NCBI GenBank assembly: GCA_011364925.1
Contig: RDOA01000050.1
Coordinates: 1-26,775 of the forward strand
Source of the DNA: Promethearchaeota archaeon
GTDB lineage: Archaea; Asgardarchaeota; Lokiarchaeia; Sigyniarchaeales; SOKP01
Direction: 5' to 3'
DNA: 26,775 nucleotides
Shown: in pieces, positions 1-6,757 of the stretch
Layout: every line of letters starts with the position of its first letter
Position numbering within the stretch: the first letter of the stretch is position 1
Made by a program: the position numbers and the translations under genes
The notes under the pieces: generated by a model
Databases searched by the model: none
Told to the model about the DNA's origin: nothing
Seen by the model: only the letters and a program-made list of their open reading frames with translations

Positions 1-1
1 T

Positions 2-751
2 CATGTTAATAGACTTACCAAGGAAATGGCGGAAGCTTCCGACGACTACGGCTTACCGTTTATTAAGGAGTTTTTAGGTGAGAAAACGGGAATTCCTCAG
101 ATGAGAACCATTCCTATCAATGCCGCTATTACCCACGAAAATAATGTAATGACTTATGATAACGCACGAGAAATTCTCGAAAATGTAAAAGGCCCCTACG
201 CAGTCTCACCTTGTGTTTGTGTTCAATCGATGGAACTCATTGGAAAAAAGTGCAAACATGATATGATTGAAAGATGTATGACGAATAGTCAAAGCTACAT
301 CGATCGCGGAGATGCTCGAGAAATTACCAAAGCGGAAGCATTTGAGATCTTACAAAAAGCTGAAGAAAAAGGACTAGTTATTCAGCCGGGAAATACTAAA
401 GATTCGGGAGGGTTTTGTCTGTGCTGCGAATGTTGTTGTGGAATTCTTCATTACGGTAAATTACTTGATAAACCTGCTCAGGTATTCGCAACAAATTATT
501 TTTCAGAAGTCAATGAGGAAGAATGTACTGGATGTGGAACATGTGAAGATGTTTGTCCGATGGACGCTATAGTTGTAAACGAGGTCTCCCATGTAATAAA
601 AGATCGGTGCATTGGATGCGGGGTGTGCGTTTCTAAGTGTCCTTCGAACGCAATAGTTCTTCGAGATAAAGAAACGAGAATTGTTCCTCCAGATGACGGA
701 GCAGAATTAATAGCGAAAATTACAGAAAGAAAAAATGAGTTAAATAGATGA
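2..751 (+). CDS. 4Fe-4S dicluster-domain protein (5'-partial; frame is open to the window edge)
   Basis: Two CxxCxxCxxxCP motifs (CTGCGTCEDVCP, CIGCGVCVSKCP), plus CVC and CLCCECCC. The frame is open from nt 2 (HVNRLTKEM...), so the ATG at 26 is probably internal. Confidence 0.9.
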   Translation, partial: HVNRLTKEMAEASDDYGLPFIKEFLGEKTGIPQMRTIPINAAITHENNVMTYDNAREILENVKGPYAVSPCVCVQSMELIGKKCKHDMIERCMTNSQSYIDRGDAREITKAEAFEILQKAEEKGLVIQPGNTKDSGGFCLCCECCCGILHYGKLLDKPAQVFATNYFSEVNEEECTGCGTCEDVCPMDAIVVNEVSHVIKDRCIGCGVCVSKCPSNAIVLRDKETRIVPPDDGAELIAKITERKNELNR

Positions 752-927
752 ATAATGAAGAGTATTCCGACGATGAATTAGAAGAAGAAATCGAAAAAGC
801 CCTCAAGAATAATCAGAATAAACCTAATGTTTTCAGAATCATCAAAAACGAAAAAAATGCGCTAGATAGGAAGGATAAAAGAGTTAAAGCTAAAATTAAC
901 TGGAATAAACAGAAAAATGAAAAATAA
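748..927 (+). CDS. Small 59-aa hypothetical protein (MNNEEYSDDELEEEIEKALK...KINWNKQKNEK)
   Basis: ATG 748-750 overlaps the upstream TGA 749-751 (ATGA coupling); TAA at 925-927. Acidic N-terminus and basic C-terminus. Absent from the ORF track, whose shortest entries are 60 aa. Confidence 0.55.
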   Translation: MNNEEYSDDELEEEIEKALKNNQNKPNVFRIIKNEKNALDRKDKRVKAKINWNKQKNEK

Positions 928-1014
928 ATTTCTTTAATTTAAAATCACTCAATTCGAGTAACTTTTACTTTGTTCTTTGAAAGATTTAAGAATATTTTCT
1001 GAAATGGCAACAAT

Positions 1015-1383
1015 TCAAGTAATTTTTTTCTTTTGAAATGATTTTTTATATGCCCATTCCATTAGAGGTAACATGGCATCCCTAACTTCAATCCCATCTT
1101 GAGTTAATGTATATTCAACCCGTGGTGGAATTTCAGCAAAAATTTCTTTCTTAATGAGTCCAGCTTCAGTGAGTTCTTTTAACCTATCACTTAATGTTTT
1201 AGGACTTATCCCAGTTAATTCTTTCATGAGTTGATTGAATCTGATTCTTTTATGATTACTAATCGTACCAATTATCACCAAAGCCCATTTTTTACTAAGA
1301 ATATTAATGATGCCTTCAATTGGACAAAAACAAAAACAACTTCCCTCCTTTTTATTACAGGGAACCTCAGTTTCCTTTTGAAT
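1015..1383 (-). CDS. HxlR (DUF24) winged-helix transcriptional regulator with Cys-rich N-terminus
   Basis: RFNQL...ISPKTLSDRLKEL...EIPPRVEYTLT is the HxlR signature. The frame continues upstream of the tracked start (1281) through CNKKEGSCFCFCPIEGIINILSKKWAL to a TGA at 1390-1392. Start uncertain: ATT at 1383 lies 6 nt after GGTGA. Confidence 0.9.
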   Translation of the reverse strand: MQKETEVPCNKKEGSCFCFCPIEGIINILSKKWALVIIGTISNHKRIRFNQLMKELTGISPKTLSDRLKELTEAGLIKKEIFAEIPPRVEYTLTQDGIEVRDAMLPLMEWAYKKSFQKKKIT

Positions 1384-1436
1384 AATAAATCACCATCTAT
1401 ATATTCACTATATACTTATATACTTTATAATTTAAA

Positions 1437-1474
1437 TACTTTGTTATTGATAGTTACTATAAATAATAAAGTAA
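1437..1474. promoter_or_regulatory. Candidate HxlR operator: overlapping inverted repeats in the divergent intergenic region
   Basis: TTACT-N11-AGTAA (1454-1474), TACT-N11-AGTT (1437-1455) and ATAGT-T-ACTAT (1450-1460). Confidence 0.45.
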
Positions 1475-1490
1475 AGGAGGTAAAACTATC

Positions 1491-1637
1491 ATGAGAAATT
1501 CAAAATTAAAATCCGAAAAAGAAACTCAAAATCAGGAAGATTTTTGTGCTTGTGGGTGTTCTGACCAGATTAATGAATTAAGTTCAGAAAATCCATTGTT
1601 AAGTAAAAAAGTTAACAGAAGAAATTCATGCTGTTAA
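1491..1637 (+). CDS. Small Cys-rich 48-aa peptide (MRNSKLKSEKETQNQEDFCACGCSDQINELSSENPLLSKKVNRRNSCC), putative metal/metalloid binder
   Basis: GGAGGT at 1476-1481, 9 nt before the ATG. CxCxC motif and terminal CC. TAA is immediately followed by an oligo-T tract. Confidence 0.8.
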   Translation: MRNSKLKSEKETQNQEDFCACGCSDQINELSSENPLLSKKVNRRNSCC

Positions 1638-1650
1638 TTTCTTTTTTTTT
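1638..1650 (+). terminator. Archaeal oligo-T terminator
   Basis: TTTCTTTTTTTTT directly after the stop of 1491..1637. Confidence 0.65.
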
Positions 1651-1785
1651 ATAATTCGATTACCTTGATTTAATTTGGGGTTATAAAGAAAATGGAAAAA
1701 TAAAGAGAAAAACAATTCGAGTAAGACTGTTTATTAGATATAATATAAAAAGCAAAATGTTCTTGAGAAGTAATATAAAACAAAT

Positions 1786-1799
1786 AAAAAAAAGAAAAA
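1786..1799 (-). terminator. Oligo-T terminator closing the minus-strand small-ORF array
   Basis: Minus strand reads TTTTTCTTTTTTTT downstream of the last small ORF. Confidence 0.45.
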
Positions 1800-1826
1800 T
1801 CATTTATTGGGATTTAGGGGGTTTAA

Positions 1827-1883
1827 TTATACAATTCGGAACTGATTGCTCAATCCTACCCTTCTCGTTCCTTTCTTTCTCAC
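1827..1883 (-). CDS. Possible 18-aa peptide (MRKKGTRRVGLSNQFRIV), may be degenerate
   Basis: GTG start embedded in the SD-like GAGGTGA (1886-1880); TAA at 1829-1827. SD-to-start geometry is poor. Confidence 0.2.
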   Translation of the reverse strand: MRKKGTRRVGLSNQFRIV

Positions 1884-1974
1884 CTCATTCTTGTAGTTAA
1901 ATCGTAAGTTTTTGGGTTTTTTTGGTTAAATTTGGAATTTTATATCGCGTAAAAAATTGTCAAATGAACGAAAA

Positions 1975-2046
1975 TTAAAATTCTAAACGCTCGAACTCAT
2001 TACCAGAGTTCTGAATTATTATCCATCTTTTTTCTGGGTTATCCAC
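1975..2046 (-). CDS. 23-aa peptide MDNPEKRWIIIQNSGNEFERLEF
   Basis: AAAAGGAGGT (2064-2055) is 8 nt before GTG at 2046; TAA at 1977-1975. Resembles the neighbouring peptide. Confidence 0.65.
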   Translation of the reverse strand: MDNPEKRWIIIQNSGNEFERLEF

Positions 2047-2093
2047 TTTTTCTTACCTCCTTTTTCATATGAGTATTTCTCTACTAAAAATTA

Positions 2094-2171
2094 TTAAAAC
2101 CGGAGCGTTACGTAATTTTCGCGATCAACGCTCAATTCATACTTTAGTTTTAACTTCTCAGATTCATTCAT
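2094..2171 (-). CDS. 25-aa peptide MNESEKLKLKYELSVDRENYVTLRF
   Basis: AAAAGGAGGT (2189-2180) is 8 nt before ATG at 2171; TAA at 2096-2094. Confidence 0.7.
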   Translation of the reverse strand: MNESEKLKLKYELSVDRENYVTLRF

Positions 2172-2261
2172 ATATTTCAACCTCCTTTTGCTATTCCTCT
2201 ATCTCTTTATCATTGGTATTAGGATTTTTTCCTGGTAATGAAACTTTAAAAAAATTTAAAT

Positions 2262-2534
2262 TTAAAAATTAGTTCGATAATTTCTATATAAACTCGCGTC
2301 GATATTGCTTTTTACCGATTTAATGTTTTTAAGTTCCTCGGCATATCTCGCGTTTAATTTAGCTTTATTGAATAGTTTTCTAAGTTTTTTACTAATTGGT
2401 TGTGATTTATCTCTCATTACTTTTTTCATTGCCACTTCCGCGACCTGCACCTGAGGCCTGCGCACCTCAGGTGCCTGGGTCTGGAAAGGAATCTGGCTAC
2501 TGGCGTTGGCACTTCTTTCTTTTGCTTGGGCCAT
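2262..2534 (-). CDS. Small basic hypothetical protein (90 aa; alternative start at ATG 2429)
   Basis: Open frame with SD-like AAGTGA upstream. Lys/Arg-rich C-terminal half ending ...YRNYRTNF. The 5' part overlaps a GC-rich hairpin. Confidence 0.7.
   Translation of the reverse strand: MAQAKERSANASSQIPFQTQAPEVRRPQVQVAEVAMKKVMRDKSQPISKKLRKLFNKAKLNARYAEELKNIKSVKSNIDASLYRNYRTNF
2431..2511. other. GC-rich stem-loop, candidate structured RNA element
   Basis: Perfect 10-bp stem GCACCTGAGG (2447-2456) / CCTCAGGTGC (2465-2474) with an 8-nt loop, extended by GACC/GGTC, TTCC/GGAA and GCCA/TGGC. 52 of 80 nt in 2431-2510 are G+C, against very AT-rich flanks. Confidence 0.7.
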
Positions 2535-2606
2535 CCTTTTTTATCACTTCTTTTATCTTAATTTTTTTTCTTTTTTTGTTGTTAATATTAGTTAGTTCAA
2601 TTGTTC

Positions 2607-2673
2607 TTTTATAGTTTTACTAAACTAAGTTCGAACGAACTTCGAACTTCATCACGAACAAAAAACTTAAATA
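2607..2673. promoter_or_regulatory. Back-to-back archaeal promoters with central palindromic operator
   Basis: Minus-strand TATA CTATAAAA (2614-2607). Plus-strand A-rich BRE followed by CTTAAATA (2666-2673), ending 22 nt before ATG 2696 (leaderless geometry). Inverted repeats AAGTTCGAA-N5-TTCGAACTT (2627-2649) and TAGTTT-N4-AAACTA (2612-2627). Confidence 0.65.
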
Positions 2674-2695
2674 GCCTTGATGTAGTTACATAATT

Positions 2696-5662
2696 ATGAG
2701 TATACCTAAATACCCTCCAAAAGAGATAATCACTCCTATGAAAATAAGTAAAGATTATGAACAGATTATACTTTGGATGCTCTACAACAATAACCAGTGT
2801 ACGTGGTCTGATCTTAAATCAGATCCAGTAAATATCAGTAACGCAACTTTGTCCAAGTATCTCAACATCTTAACTAATATCGGTTTCATTGAGAAAGAGA
2901 AAAAGGGTACCTATATAATTACTCCTGAAGGTCGTAAACATTATACCGAGCTTCAAGTTAAAGATTTGCACGAAGAAGTATTAAATTATCCTCCTGAAAA
3001 GATTAAAAGAAAAAGGGATTACGAAGATTGTATACTATGGATGCTTTATAATAATGAGTATTGCAAATGGTCAGATTTTCTTGAGGATCCACTTAATATT
3101 AATCAATCTTCATTATCAAAAAGTCTGAATGCTTTACAACAAAAAGATTTTATTGAAAAGGATAATCGTGAATATCACATCACGAATTCTGGAGAATTAG
3201 AATATTTCAATATGTTAAAAAAGTATGATTTAGATCGACAATCGATATTAGACGAAGAAACGAAGAGAGTCGAACTTATTACTGATAAAGTAGCGCAATT
3301 TTTTGATGAGTACAAGATCACTGATGATGGTGTGAAGTATAGGTTTTTAAATATGATAATGAGACTCGATTATACTAAGTTCGAAGTAACTTTATCGGAC
3401 GAATTAGATTTCAATAAAATTTTGCTCTTTTTATCAATTAATCACCCTGATAATTATCCCAATCACATTACTCCTAGAGATTTTGCTTTAAAGTACGATA
3501 TAAGTGTGACGACATTAAATTTTTTTATAGAGAAAATCGTGGAAGACAAGCTTTATGCGATAAAATTCTTCAAATTAAATGTCGGCGATAAATTTACTTA
3601 TTACATCCAAGCTGAGGAGCGATTAGAGAAAATTCTAAATGTGATTATCGAAGATTATATTAGAAAATTCACATATTTAAGCAAGTTTCGGAAAAAGGGA
3701 AGTGCTCAAGATCTAGTGCTTGATATTAATAAATTACTTGAGGATATAACAAACGATATTTGTAGTAAGTTATTTCACGAGGAATTAAAACCTTCTCTTA
3801 AAATGTTTCTACCCGAGTATATCGAGCATCTAGCCTATAAATTTGAAACAGAGAAGAGCTTAATTGACCAAACGGACAAAATTAAAGGTATTGCGTTTCA
3901 AAATGTATTTGAAGTTATTCAAAGTTTTGGAACGACGGAAGCGGCGAGTACTGTAAGTAAACCAATAGAAAGCGACTCTTTTTACTTTTTGCATAATAGA
4001 ATTTTTGATACCCTGGAGATAATATATTTGTCAAAATTAGATTTCTTCCGTATGCCTGAGTTTAAGAACGATTATTTCCCCATGAATACTGATCTCTTAA
4101 CTGCAATAGAGGATAAGTTGTCGAAAGGAAGTTTATTGAAAGTTAATGATTTGCTTACAAATAATATTGAGAATTTGAATGAAATTGAATTGATGATTCT
4201 GAGAGACATAATTTATACAAATAATGGAGAATTCGATGAATCAATAAAACTGGATCAGAAAATCATAGATAAATATCCTAATGAATATGTTGGATATCTC
4301 TTTCAATCGATAACTTATTTCTTAATGGGGAGGCTCAAAGATGCTATAGATATCGTTGATGCGGGGTTGAGTAAATCATCGAATATTCTTTTGACTGTTC
4401 AAAAAGCGCAAATTCTTATTAATTACGATCACGATAAAGCTGTAAAAATCATTGACGAAAAATTTGAAGATAATTCTGATAATTTTGCTTTGCTTCGAAC
4501 AAAATTCCTGACGGTGATGACTGATAAAGAGTGTTGTATAGGAGCAATAGATAAGCCTTTAGAATTGATAAATTCACTAATAGATTCCTATCCAAAAGAT
4601 TCCGAGCTTCTAATTTTAAAAGGTTTATTGTTTATAGTAAACCACAAATATAAGGAAGCAAAAAATTGGATAAAAGACAACATAAAACCTAACGTTTTTG
4701 AAGATAATCCTAGAATTGACATTGCTGCGTATTTAGTTTTAGCGTATTCTTACTTAGCGAGAGGGAAATTTGAGAAAGCTTTAAATATGGGTAAGAAAGC
4801 GGAATTTCACTATCCTAATCACCCACTTTCGCATATCATTAATGGTTTTATTCATGGTTTCAATCTTGTTTACGATTTTAATTCGGATAAAGCTAATCCC
4901 GAGCTTTTTAAAGAGGGATTTAGGAGAGCAATATCCCTACAACAAAGTGAAAAAAAATTGTCTAGGTACTATCAATTATACAGCTACATTCTTAACGAGA
5001 CTGATGGATTGGAAGAAGCATTAAAAGCAATTAATAAGGCGATTGAGTTAAGCCCAGAACATTACGATATATCTCAAACAAAAGCTCACTTATATTTAAC
5101 TTTCCCAGACAAAATAGGAGACTCATTTAAATTTTATGAAGAATTACACGAAAAATTCCCCCATGAAGATAGGGAGATACGTCAATTGACTTCTTTCTCT
5201 TACTATGCTATCGGAAAAGTAAAAGAGGGAGCAGACCTTCTTGAAGAGAGTCTTAAACTATACCCTGATTCAATAGGTATGTATAATAACTTAGCGATAT
5301 TTAAGAGTTCATTAGGAAAGTTTGAGGAGGCTATAGAGTTAATAGAAAAAGCGATTACTATAAATCCAACTGAAGCAAATTTATTCGATACCTACGGTGA
5401 AGTATTGATGTATGCAAAACGGTATGAAGATGCTATAGTAAAATTTACTCAAGCGTTAGAAATGAATCCTGTAGGATGGTTCGCGTTCCATACTTTTCTT
5501 AAACTAGCTAAATGTTATAAAGCTCTAGGTATGGAGGATAAATCTGACACCTGCTTCAATAAAGCAAAAGAATTAACGGAAAAAGTTATCCCTGGAAAAC
5601 GAAAGATCTATATTGATAAATTAGAAGAGAGTATTGATGAACTAGGCAAAGTGCCTATTTAA
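2696..5662 (+). CDS. Tandem winged-helix (MarR/ArsR-like) + C-terminal TPR protein, putative transcriptional regulator
   Basis: Two homologous wHTH units (YPP..DYE..ILWMLYNN..C.WSD...P.NI....LSK.LN.L....FIEK....Y.IT..G...Y), a probable third HTH (ITPRDFALKYDISVTTLNFFIEK), and many TPRs (e.g. MYNNLAIFKSSLGKFEEAIELIEKAITINP). Confidence 0.9.
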   Translation: MSIPKYPPKEIITPMKISKDYEQIILWMLYNNNQCTWSDLKSDPVNISNATLSKYLNILTNIGFIEKEKKGTYIITPEGRKHYTELQVKDLHEEVLNYPPEKIKRKRDYEDCILWMLYNNEYCKWSDFLEDPLNINQSSLSKSLNALQQKDFIEKDNREYHITNSGELEYFNMLKKYDLDRQSILDEETKRVELITDKVAQFFDEYKITDDGVKYRFLNMIMRLDYTKFEVTLSDELDFNKILLFLSINHPDNYPNHITPRDFALKYDISVTTLNFFIEKIVEDKLYAIKFFKLNVGDKFTYYIQAEERLEKILNVIIEDYIRKFTYLSKFRKKGSAQDLVLDINKLLEDITNDICSKLFHEELKPSLKMFLPEYIEHLAYKFETEKSLIDQTDKIKGIAFQNVFEVIQSFGTTEAASTVSKPIESDSFYFLHNRIFDTLEIIYLSKLDFFRMPEFKNDYFPMNTDLLTAIEDKLSKGSLLKVNDLLTNNIENLNEIELMILRDIIYTNNGEFDESIKLDQKIIDKYPNEYVGYLFQSITYFLMGRLKDAIDIVDAGLSKSSNILLTVQKAQILINYDHDKAVKIIDEKFEDNSDNFALLRTKFLTVMTDKECCIGAIDKPLELINSLIDSYPKDSELLILKGLLFIVNHKYKEAKNWIKDNIKPNVFEDNPRIDIAAYLVLAYSYLARGKFEKALNMGKKAEFHYPNHPLSHIINGFIHGFNLVYDFNSDKANPELFKEGFRRAISLQQSEKKLSRYYQLYSYILNETDGLEEALKAINKAIELSPEHYDISQTKAHLYLTFPDKIGDSFKFYEELHEKFPHEDREIRQLTSFSYYAIGKVKEGADLLEESLKLYPDSIGMYNNLAIFKSSLGKFEEAIELIEKAITINPTEANLFDTYGEVLMYAKRYEDAIVKFTQALEMNPVGWFAFHTFLKLAKCYKALGMEDKSDTCFNKAKELTEKVIPGKRKIYIDKLEESIDELGKVPI
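2711..3205 (+). repeat. Intragenic duplication of the wHTH module (about 2711-2944 and 2987-3205)
   Basis: Near-identical motifs ILWMLYNN, WSD, LSK, FIEK and Y.IT in both units. Confidence 0.85.
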
Positions 5663-5687
5663 TTCTTAATCAGAGATTGCTATTAAC

Positions 5688-5715
5688 AGAAATCAATTGA
5701 TTTCTTTCTTTTTTT
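5688..5715 (+). terminator. 18-bp perfect palindrome followed by oligo-T (terminator between convergent genes)
   Basis: AGAAATCAATTGATTTCT (5688-5705) is self-complementary and is followed by TTCTTTTTTT. Confidence 0.6.
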
Positions 5716-5776
5716 ATAATATTATTCTACAAGTTTTATTAAGGTCTTCAAAATTAAAGATTAAAATGGATTCTAT

Positions 5777-6757
5777 TTACCTTGAGATGTCGCGTTTTTT
5801 GAAGATAAAATATCCTAAAAGAATTAATGCAGCTGCAATGGTTAATATAAGAATTAGGGACCCTAAAGGAGAATAGTAATCGTTACGAGTAAATGTAACC
5901 TCCCAGGTGTCAGGATCAAATTCTTGAGTATATAACCCAAACCCGTAAAGAAAGTACAACATACTTTCAGAAACACCCCCCGAAATGATATTTAAAATTC
6001 CAATATAGCTATTAAACAAATGATATGCTAAGTCGAAGTGATATAACTGAAACTGGACATATATTGGAACTTCGTTATCGCCTAAATACATATACATAAA
6101 TAATGGTCGAAAAGTCATAAGTATGAAAAATGTAATGATAATAATTAATAAGGGTACTAATATTGCATTTCGCGTCTTTTTAAAAATACAAGAAAAACCA
6201 AAAGCAATGCTTTGAAAAAAGAATTGGACAATCAGAGAAAAAAGAAGATTTATTACGAAGAACTCTGCAATACCGTCAAAAGTATATTTTAGTGGAGCAA
6301 TTAAAGTTATTAGGGACAACGATGAAATGTTTAAAAAGAAACCGAAACATGTGAGTGCTAAATATTTAGTGATTAAAATTTCTCCTCTTGAAATTGGCTT
6401 GCTTATGAGTGTTAACATAGTTCCAGATTTGATTTCCTCAGCAATAAGGGGAGCACCAATTACAGTTAATATAATTGGAAATATTAGACTGTAAGTGTAG
6501 AAACCATATATTAAACCTAAATAATCGTTTAACGAACTTAAATACAACTCATAACCAGGGGGAATCATAAGAATAGCAATTAAAGGTCCCAAAATCATGA
6601 GAATAAAAGAAATAATAAATTTATGTATTTTAAACATGTCTTTAAATAGGGTTTTTTTAAAAAGTATGATGCTCGGTGTTGTGATAATCCCTTTTGTTCC
6701 AGATCTCACAAAATCCGTACTCAGCATATTAATTGTGTCTTCACTTTTGGAAGCCAT
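5777..6757 (-). CDS. ABC-2 type exporter permease
   Basis: Multiple TM helices, the IAEEIKSGTMLTLISKPISRGEILITKY motif and terminal FKKRDI. Start at 6757 (MASKS) preferred over 6772; overlaps the end of the ATPase gene. Confidence 0.9.
   Translation of the reverse strand: MASKSEDTINMLSTDFVRSGTKGIITTPSIILFKKTLFKDMFKIHKFIISFILMILGPLIAILMIPPGYELYLSSLNDYLGLIYGFYTYSLIFPIILTVIGAPLIAEEIKSGTMLTLISKPISRGEILITKYLALTCFGFFLNISSLSLITLIAPLKYTFDGIAEFFVINLLFSLIVQFFFQSIAFGFSCIFKKTRNAILVPLLIIIITFFILMTFRPLFMYMYLGDNEVPIYVQFQLYHFDLAYHLFNSYIGILNIISGGVSESMLYFLYGFGLYTQEFDPDTWEVTFTRNDYYSPLGSLILILTIAAALILLGYFIFKKRDISR

Noticed and set aside
1390-1392. TGA upstream of HxlR as a selenocysteine codon
   Set aside because: Read-through meets another in-frame TGA a few codons upstream with no start codon in between; the TGA is better explained as part of the GGTGA SD.
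1231-1494. 87-aa plus-strand ORF in the track
   Set aside because: Antisense to the true HxlR N-terminus and runs across the promoter region; no SD or motif support.
2094-2171. C-terminal LRF as an RFamide-like neuropeptide or the peptides as RiPP precursors
   Set aside because: No Gly amide donor or signal peptide, and no adjacent modifying enzyme; the only radical SAM is 17 kb away and of the AmrS type.
1997-2241. 10-bp inverted repeat TCATTACCAG (1997-2006) / CTGGTAATGA (2232-2241) as MITE ends
   Set aside because: Short, no target-site duplication seen, and one copy lies inside a peptide ORF; may be chance.
2431-2511. Hairpin as SECIS element, SRP RNA or tRNA
   Set aside because: No AUGA/GA non-Watson-Crick core and no in-frame UGA selenoprotein candidate nearby; lacks a proper SRP helix-8 motif and the expected length; no cloverleaf or T-loop.
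2069-2614. Plus-strand ORFs 2069..2272 and 2396..2614 (hydrophobic, membrane-looking)
   Set aside because: Their Phe/Leu richness derives from T-tracts that are the complement of A-rich minus-strand leaders; the SD motifs here are on the minus strand.
2627-2659. CGAAC repeats as a CRISPR remnant
   Set aside because: Units are 5-9 nt with no spacers, and there are no cas genes.
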